Origin: Fimbriosthenelais zetlandica
Taxonomy: Eukaryota
NCBI GenBank assembly: GCA_977030845.1
Contig: OZ365113.1
Span: 31,062,001 to 31,126,000 of the forward strand
Direction: 5' to 3'
DNA length: 64,000 bases
Shown here: piece after piece, positions 55,341-64,000 of the stretch
Position numbering within the stretch: position 1 is the first letter of the stretch
Layout: every line of letters begins with the position of its first letter
Notes under the pieces: generated by a model
Told to the model about the DNA's origin: nothing
What the model saw: the letters and a program-made list of their open reading frames with translations, nothing else
The model's database searches: none
Program-made: the position numbers and the translations under genes

Positions 55341-55776
55341 AGTTAAGTAGGAACAACCTGGCATTTCCCACAGATTGGTCTTCATGTAGTCACAATGGGG
55401 AGAGGATCTTTCACATTTCAATGAGAGATGGAATGTGAAAAGCAAACCTGTTACTCCAAATTAAAGCTGATTGAAGTTAACAGAGGCTCTATTATAATAG
55501 ATTTTGCAATACTAACGTATTCTGGGAGTTATTTAATTATTTTCCAGATAATTAACTAATTAAAATATCGTGCAAATTAATAATCAAATTAAGTACAAAA
55601 TACAAAGGGTCTTAACGGAATGGCCGGAAAAAGTGAAAACAATTTGGTCTGCATTTCTCTTCTTTACCCAATGCATAAAGGTTAACAAATCTCAGGATAT
55701 CTCATAAAATGTAGGAAGGTGTTGGGAGAACAGCAGCCTACCTGTTTACCAATAACATGTCAGGTGCTGGTAGGAG

Positions 55777-55790
55777 ACGCTAGATGGCAC
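55777..55790 (+). promoter_or_regulatory. CTCF-like site
   Basis: ACGCTAGATGGCAC, one mismatch (first base) to CCRSYAGRKGGCRS. Confidence 0.4.
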
Positions 55791-57633
55791 ACCTGTGGAA
55801 CCTTCATCCCACCTTCACACCTATATACCTGACATTCATTCCAACTACTCAACTCCACAGACTGAGAACACATGTGATAAGTTTCACGGCGGATACCAAC
55901 GGCTACTGTGTTTTAATCTAAATATGACCTGAATAAAGTAGGAATATAAGTTTTTAATATTTTATTCATATTTTATAGATAGTAGGGGACAGCTTATAAA
56001 ATTTAGTATATACATTCTTATGTTGATTAAAGATAAAGATTTCCATATAATCCAGACATAATGACTAATTTCCCGTTGACATTTCCTTGTCTGATAATCT
56101 TTTAGGTTACATGTGGTTTGCTCACCTGTTTTTGTCATACAGGTGAGGCATTAAGTCTCACCTTGATTAATTAGCATGGTCTCTCCTCTCCTCTCGGCCT
56201 AGGTGATCATGCATCTCTTTTACTTATACAGGTGGAACAATCTTATTTGGACAGGTATTATACTGAGGTAAAACCTTCATAAGTTCTAAGTCTTCGTTCT
56301 TCCTAACTTGTTTTCATCCAGACATATTTCATTTTACCAACTCCCAGGAATTCGGACAAGAAGGAACAGACTATAAAGTCTACAATTTTTTAATCAACCA
56401 AAAAAATTGAATCCATGACCAAGTCCAGTGACGAATTAGACTTTATCTTCAATTGGATCATCATAAATGTTCTTCTCTTTCAAGTGGATATTCAACTATG
56501 AGAAAGCACATTTCTTTTGTGTATTATAGCCATATTATATGAAATCACTATGAAGAACACATGGCCATATTAGAGGAACACGATAAAGTGAAGTGGATGG
56601 ACAATATAGTAGGTTAAATGATCTTGCTAGAACTCATTCTGACTCTGCATTATAATAGTCGAAAGCATACCACGCAGCGACTGTGTTGTAAATGAGAAGG
56701 CACTTTAAATTTACAGCATGTGGACTCAACACTTGACCTTCTTTTTATAACAGGTTTGTTTAATTTCTCAGGTTTTGATTATTTTATAGTCATCTAGTTG
56801 AAGTGGTCATTTCCTCCTGACAAGAGTTATTAGGTCCCCCAGTTTCAGCTTTCCCATTCTTTACTACATTTCAAGTGTTCTGTAATGAAGTTCATTTTAT
56901 TTTGAATTCATGCATGTGACTTTCTGAATTCATTTATATTCAAAAGGTGAGCCCCCATGTTAAATGGGCATACATAATATATTATATTGCAGGTAATTGT
57001 CAATAGGGGTGAAATTCTGTCACAATAATTAATTAACAATGTCGGGTGTCTCAATCTAAGAGATCTTTTCAGGTCATGTGAGATTTCGCTTTAGAAGGTA
57101 CAAAATTTGTTCCAGCCGTGTATATGATTTTAATATCAAAAGGCCTTCTATACTTTCCAAGCCCCGAAAGAGGGTGGCAATGGAAGAGTGGTAGAGCACC
57201 AAGCGATGTGGCAGTTCCCTAAATATCAAATCAGTTTGAAGTTCATGTTAAATATCATGGATAAGTATAATTTGTTAGTGGAGGGACTTTGCTATAGCTG
57301 TCTATCATTTAGCATTTTGTTGGGGCGGGGGCCTAAATAGCAGCAGGCCTGTTTTAGCTGTGCTGGCATTATTGGCATTCAGTGTTATTATCCTATACCG
57401 ATCTAAGCACCTGATAATCTACCCACATAATCATCTCTCCGCTTAACTACCCAGTAATTTAAGGTAAAACTCTTTGACATTCCAATGTACCCGATATTTT
57501 ACCTAGCCGGCCCCGTGCGCTCGCCACGACCGATCGAACACACGATTGACGCCCCCGTTGAAGTTATTTATCAAATGATGAGAAAATTGTGCTATTCATT
57601 TTGAAAAGTTTAATTGGAATGCACCAAGCTTAC

Positions 57634-57685
57634 CTGGGTATTGCATGCGGTCTACAGGAGCCGGACGAGGGAGAACAGTTTGCAT
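57634..57685 (-). CDS. Candidate short first coding exon, MQTVLPRPAPVDRMQYP + phase-1 G; gene unidentified (alternatively an 18-nt microexon 57634-57651)
   Basis: Minus strand: AAAAC-ATG (A at -3), 17 open codons plus 1 nt, then a perfect donor CAG|GTAAGC. It lies in a CpG-rich patch about 400 bp downstream of the promoter-like element. No homology recognised and no partner exon identified. Confidence 0.33.
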
Positions 57686-58050
57686 GTTTTACCGCCCAGT
57701 CGGCTTAGCCCGATGCAAAGTCCCTATTATTGATTCCTTTCATACCATTTTCCCACCTATTTTTGTACTTTTATAACTTATGTTAAAAACATGGGCAATA
57801 AAAAGGAGTATTGCTTTATGAAACCAAATGACATTGGGAAATCAAAGGCGGATTGGCATCTCTTCTTTTTCTTCATATACTTAAGACTAGAATCATTCAT
57901 TCATTAATAAGTTATTTAAGACATCGCGATGTGGGGCATGTTTCAGAGGAGAATGCACTAAAGAACACTGTTATAGACATTCTCTAAAGTAGCATCAATT
58001 TGTTATGCAACAGCCTCTTGGTCTTACAGAGTTAAACATGCCAGGCTCAC

Positions 58051-58100
58051 CTAGATAGTTGCTCTTCAGGGACGATTAGCTTGAGTTACGTAACATGCTG
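58051..58100 (-). other. Candidate non-coding first exon (5' boundary uncertain)
   Basis: Minus-strand donor TAG|GTGAGC at 58051/58050, immediately downstream of the promoter-like motif cluster. Contains only a short uORF (ATG TTA CGT AAC TCA AGC TAA). Confidence 0.25.
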
Positions 58101-58221
58101 TGTCATGTGACCTGACGTGATCTAACGTGACCTGATCAGGTCTCTCTACACACTCAATCGATAAACTAGAGCTCGCCCTATAGTAGCTACCAGACGTAAC
58201 TTCCGGTGGCTGGCGGAAGTT
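58085..58221. promoter_or_regulatory. Compact TATA-less promoter-like element, possibly bidirectional
   Basis: GTTACGTAAC palindrome (58085-58094), GTCATGTGAC M-box/CLEAR (58102-58111), TGACCT/TGATCT/TGACCT half-sites at 10-bp period (58108, 58118, 58128), 14-bp palindrome GACCTGATCAGGTC (58129-58142) and inverted ETS pair AACTTCCG (58198-58205) / CGGAAGTT (58214-58221). Confidence 0.55.
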
Positions 58222-61200
58222 GAGGGTAGCAGCTCTTGAACGCTTTATACATGTACACTTTGTAGTGGTTGGTGTTGGGAAGGGGAAGCTAGTGAGACCT
58301 GTTAGAGAACGTTAGGTGCTTCACATCTTATTGATCATTTATCCATTGCTAATTGCTGCTCTTTCCATCACTGTCTTGCTGGATTGAGGGGACTAAACAC
58401 GGGCCTGTATAGCTAGGACCCGTGATCTTGGTAATTTCCACTTAATTATTAGTTTCTCGGAACCTGGCAAATAGATGAGCAAAAGGACCTTGACTGGGTG
58501 GCTGCCATATATGGTCAAAATGCATTTGTCGAGTGGAAAAGCTATCGATTTCCTCGATCCCTCATTATCGCCCGGCTTATATGAGACCCTGTGCAGCAGG
58601 GAGTGGTGCCCGAATCAAGGCTAAATATTCAGGGCTAATGCCAAATAAGAATACCGATCAGGGGTGCTTTGTTCCCCCATGCATCGCCGATGAATATTGC
58701 AGGCAGTTCATTGCATGGTCTCTATACTGCTAGACTCGTTTCAATGTAGAACACCAAATAGATTCTATCAATTAAATCTCTTTTCAAGGTTCTACTTTAA
58801 AATTCTTAATGCCCAGCCTGCTACGTCATAAACATTGCTTTATCAATCTTGTAATACCATTACAACACGAATATGTTCAAGTTTGATTCATAAATTATAA
58901 ATAACAATTATCATACATGTATAATTGCTCTTCGGAGTTGAGAGCATTCCTTTGTTTAAACATATTCAGTAGCCTAAGGTTAGACGAGACATCCCGTAAA
59001 AAGTTATATATATTCCCTTCAAAGCCTTCCTTTAGATCTTATATAAGAATTAGACAAGAACTTGATGAGACTCTGAGTCCATAGAATATATATTATAATG
59101 TCCATTGTAAAAGGCTAATGTCTTTTTATTATTGGACATGTCCAGTGAGGGTGTGCAGCGCTGACCATGGAACTTTATATCCTTCTAACATCCCTGTCAC
59201 TAATGGACATCTCCTGTCCCTCCCCTTCTATTACATCCGTCTGATATAACTCCAGCCCCCGTAGGGTTTCATTAGCTGAAATGATAAAATTTGATGCATT
59301 TTTTTTTAACATCCAACACTAGGCTCTCATTAAAATCACCTTAGCCGTATCCATAGATGATATATAGTTAAGGCGCCTTTTTCTGCATTGTTTTTTTCCA
59401 CCCGGCCCACAACCAAGCTGACAGGTAAGAGTGTCGAGTTATCATATTGGATTTCCGACTTAGGGGCATGGCTCATTTTGTAGGTAAGTTAATTGAAGAC
59501 TCGTGTTACTCTCCAACATTGAAGTTAACATCATTATTTTTGATTACTTGCAAGGTAATCTGAGCAGAAAAAAGAACACTTTGGCAGGGGAAAAGATGTC
59601 CAGCTCCTCAAATTAGTGATGAGTTTTTTGGGGAGGATAGAAAAGCAATACAATAATAAAAATGCGCAGGTGATATACGCCTGGAAAAAGGATAATTGCA
59701 GCAAGCACTTTACATTATTGGTTCATACATCTTTATATTACAGCTCCGATTTTATATTGGAGATCATGCAGTGGGCAGACAGAAAGAACTTCTGTGTCAT
59801 ACAAAAAAGCACCTTATATTATTTTGATCATTGTATCAGTCTCATGGATCGTTTGAGAAAAAAAAGGTGGATTTCATAGCAATGTTCCAGTGTCACAATA
59901 GTAACCTTGCGTTACAGATGCACATGTAACAATTGAAAATCATGAATAGTGAGTCTGAGAGTAGCTCATTGTCATTACGTTCAGTGCACTCAGTAACTGT
60001 CACCTAGAACAGGTGATCTGTCAATCGATCACCTCAAACATATCAAATATGCTTGATCCATGGTGCACTCAATCAGTTTCTCATTCACCAATGCGTGAAC
60101 ACTTAAAACCGGCTTCAATACCACAGATTCTCACATGAAACAATTTGCGCGCTCTTAGAAAAATGTCACGAAAAACAACATATTCCAATTCCCATGAAAT
60201 ATTTGTTTCGGAAAGCTGGAGTTTTTTTTATGTTATAAACAGAAAGATTTTTTCATTATATGTATGCCTAATACACTTGCTGTGAACTTTCATTGATAGA
60301 TGTATTTCCACCTCATCCTCAGGAGGCAGCATAATGCTTCTCAATAGCTCAAAAACTAAGATCTTATTATGTTCCTTATGCTTCTTACTACTAAGCCTCA
60401 CCATCAAATGACATACAATGACGCCATTCTATAAACTCAAGGTTATTTACTCAGTTAATCCATCAATCGGTTGGGTACACTTAAATAACAACACATTATG
60501 TGCAGTTCGACCCGCCATGAACCAGAATGCTGTGATCAACCTGAGATCACTGTGGACTAAACAACACTAATACACCTTCAGAAAGTTACCCTCCTATGGC
60601 AAGTCAAACAGTTACAAAGTCAACGATTTTCAATATCTTGAAGTAATAATAGTGGTCTTTCAGGTTACGAAGTAATAGAAATTTCACTTCAGGATAGTAA
60701 TGTGCTCTTATTTAGATGTTTTGGATCAATCTCTAGAATCCTCAAATGTATCCGACCCTGTGTGACACTATTTTAATACATTTAGCCCTGACTAATTGAT
60801 CACATTTGCCTTCCCATACTCATCGACGCTGACAACTATCTGTGATCAGAGTTAATGCCTCGCAATGGCTCACCCTGACTCTACCTCTAATGTTCTTTTC
60901 CACCAACATGCTATCTGACCATAAAGCTTCATAATGGTGAGAGGCCAGGAACAAAAGGATCCTGCCATTGTCTGATATGTGTACTCCAACAAGTAACACA
61001 GAAATGCTGATAGAGGAAATAATCTGACCTCCCATAATCTGATGCCTTTATCTCAGTGACAGTAGTGTGTTTCCATTGCCTCAAACGATCACCACAACCT
61101 TTTGTTGACAGCGCCAGAGAGATTTTTTTCCAAAGCCAAAATATAATACATACAAGATCAAATACTAAAATGATTCAGACCATTTTCTTTTCTCTGACAG

Positions 61201-64000
61201 GCGAAAGACCCTTATTAATGGGAATCTGGCACTATTCTCTAACTGGAATTAAACAAAATGCTTTAAAATAAAGCAATTTTGGGAAAGTAATGACAGGTGT
61301 TAACTTACTTTCAGAGATAGAAAAGGCACAGTCACTTTATTCAGACAAGGACTTTGGCGTTGCTAGGGCGTTTGTTGACAGTAACGACGGGAACAAAGCA
61401 CTTAAGTAAGTTAATTGCTTGTCTTCTTTGTAAACTATTTTCATCAGACACATTTGCCTAGACGTGTAAGCGGACAACACTACGATGATCACAGCAGAAA
61501 CTACGTAGTGATGTCCAGCTTTCGGTATTGCAAATTGCGACTTAGATAATCATCTCTGAAGATCTCAGGAAGATCATTTGATATGCAACTGCTCATAAAC
61601 AGGCACTTATATAAATCGAAATTAACAATTGCAAATTGTCTTTAATGTAGGACCTTCGAGACTAAGCACAACTAAGGAACTAATGAACTCAAACTGCAAT
61701 AAAGTTGTTGTTTATTAAGTAATATAAGATGCCCATATAAGAGGATGGCAGACTTATTAGTTTAGTCATTGTTTATTAAGAAAGAAGTCCGATGTCGGAA
61801 GAAGTTTTTTCTGGTTTCTTTGTTAATGGGATCGCACACTAAACTAAGTTGATGTAAAAAGTAATAACCTGCCAGGAAAAAACTTTTCTTTCTTTACTCG
61901 TTGATGTAGGCCTACTTAAATTGGTCTTCCTTGAAAGAACCGAATAAGGAAGATGGCTCAAAATTATACATCGGTATCTGTGAATGTGTTTAACCATTAT
62001 AAATACAATAGAATAAAGGAAATTAAACTTGTTTTGATTATCCCGGGTTCACCACAGAAATTTAAGAAAAGAAAAGATCTGGTACTGAAAAAAACTTTTA
62101 TGGCACACAACAGACTACTCTTTAAAATTAATATTAATTCCCCTTCAGCCAAATTAATAATATATTAAAATACCAAGAGAAGAAGAACGAGGGGAAAGGG
62201 AACGCTCTTTTAAGCTTAGATGAATGCATGGGGTCTTGGCATATTGAAGTGCATGAGGGGAGGCTATAGATACAGCAGCTACATTTAAATATGTAATGTA
62301 GAGAAGAAGAGGCTTATATAAAACAGACCCCACCTGATGTTCATAATCGCATTCTTTACCAGGTACAGCAATGATTAGGCGATATGCATGATGTCGATTA
62401 AGGTCCATGAAACATTCACGGAGGAAGTGCTACTGATTAGATAATGGTCGACTTGGCATGTTTACAACAGAAACAATTGAGAAGCTAATGAGAGGAATGG
62501 TAACCAGGGGCTAAATGAGAGGATGGCGTGGCTTTTCTTCTAGTCTTGTTGTAAAATAAGGATGTGGCACTCTGTTCTGTATACATGTGGAAAAATTGGG
62601 TAACTCTTAGAGATCTAGTCATATGTGTGTTTACTGGGTCAAATGGTGTACACTTCAATGTCATCTTCATACTTGGTCAAATGGGTATTGGAATCCTGCT
62701 TGTTCAAAGAGCTCCATTGACATGCTTCAGAATTGGTACTCTGAAGATTGCTGTTCCTGCCAACAGATTCATCAGTCATCATCATTGGCAGTTATGACAC
62801 AGTTAGGCCTCATACCAGAACATAGTTGTTACAATTTCTTCAGTTAGTGAAACCATTAAGAGAACCCTTTGTGAAATCATGTTTCATATACACAATGTGC
62901 CATCTTGATATAAAGTATATTGGAGCGCCAGGTATGCAACTTCGAAGTCAACATCTGAGACATAATTAACTGCTTATGTCCTAGTGCAAAATGAATGTGA
63001 ATAGCACATGGCGTGTTGCTTCTAATCATAGATAGGCAAGGGTCACAATGTCACCCTTTAATTTCACCAAGTCAGAAGTAGGACATACACTTCCCTTTGT
63101 CTATCGCTTCCTATACTGACCCGGTCATTTATCTTTGCACCTTTTGTGTTCCTTGGAATAACACAATGACAGGTTATCTCTGACTTTTATGCTTTTTTAA
63201 TAACTTTAATGAAATAATGACTCTAGCAAAGCCTAGATGAGCTGATGAGTCAGTCTAATGCCATATACATTAAGGCCAAGTTTAAGGGATAATTGCTATT
63301 TATGGCCTAGGAAAGGAATAAAAAAGAAACATTTGTGATCGTTTCAAGATAGAAACATGCCATCCAACAGAACATCTAAAAGGGCTGGCTGATTATTCCT
63401 GTGAAGGCAGAGGCCTATACATGTAACAAGTGGGCCGATGGTGCCTATATGTAAGCTATATGGATAAATAAATTGCTTCAACAAGTGACGGTCTGTATAT
63501 GCAAGAAAATGGGACAATTAACATATTTACCTCCAAAGGAAATTTAAAAAAAATTCTTCCATGCCTTCAATAATCAATAGTGTCATTGGAGGTGAAACAT
63601 TTACGCCTGTATAGAGTACCACATGTGGAGGCCTGGGTGGAGAGGCTTGCTATATAGGTACACACTAATTACCCCTTCATTCACATACATCATGTCTCTC
63701 TCAAAGCCTTTGCCCATTAATTCAGACACCTATTTATCACTGGGGCCAGTAAGGTAAGACCTCTGCAATATTTCAGTGCAGACATAGCGTGTTCTATAGA
63801 ATTATACAGACTTAAATACCTCAAGTGCCATATATACACCAAAGCCTTGGAAACAAACGTTCATTATCCTCACTCATATAACTATCTTAAAGCCCCCACT
63901 CCCTATAATTAGGCTTCACGGTAGAGCACAATCATTAACATGTCATATATGGCGTCTGTTTTTCTCACATGCCTCCCTGGGTGTCTATGGAAGGTCAAAG

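Noticed and set aside
57626-57640. CTTACCTGG resembling the U1 snRNA 5' end
   Set aside because: Downstream sequence does not match U1. It is simply the reverse complement of a splice donor.
20642-59489. Plus-strand acceptor-donor abutments (TTTTCAG|GTAGGT about 20654, TTTTTCAG|GTAATT about 51100, TTTTGTAG|GTAAGT 59483)
   Set aside because: Short pyrimidine tracts, no plus-strand host gene evident across them, and a few are expected by chance.
60505-60513. GTTCGACCC B-box-like word (tRNA/SINE)
   Set aside because: No A-box at proper spacing and no cloverleaf.
61183-61271. Strong plus-strand acceptor followed by GERP, resembling a C2H2 linker
   Set aside because: No following Y/F-x-C-xx-C finger. 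The frame ends after about 23 codons.

Overview
This is eukaryotic (animal) non-coding genomic DNA, roughly 40% GC by eye, with one 130-N assembly gap. I see no recognisable complete protein-coding gene, tRNA/rRNA, CRISPR array or intact transposon. All listed ORFs are short (162 aa or less), overlap on both strands and show no domain I can recognise. The window reads like a gene desert or giant intron of a developmental locus. The background is strongly CpG-depleted and is interrupted by many 200-700 bp CpG-rich patches carrying transcription-factor motifs (TALE, RFX, MITF/TFE/USF E-boxes, NF-Y, ETS, NRF1, YY1, CTCF-like). The most informative part is 55.2-58.2 kb. It has a compact promoter-like element at 58085-58221 with a PAR-bZIP palindrome, a 10-bp-phased triple nuclear-receptor half-site array overlapping an M-box, and inverted ETS sites. 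On the minus strand this is followed by a candidate 5' exon donor (58051) and a candidate short coding exon or 18-nt microexon ending at a perfect CAG|GTAAGC donor (57634). I could not identify the next coding exon in the remaining 57 kb. Repeats are a probable solo LTR (3185-4009), a 40-bp minisatellite and simple/low-complexity tracts. Recurrent TACATGTA and AGGCCTA words weakly suggest an invertebrate such as an echinoderm or hemichordate; this is an impression only. I cannot demonstrate a new biological system from this sequence. The findings are testable regulatory and splicing hypotheses, and all motif counts are hand counts.
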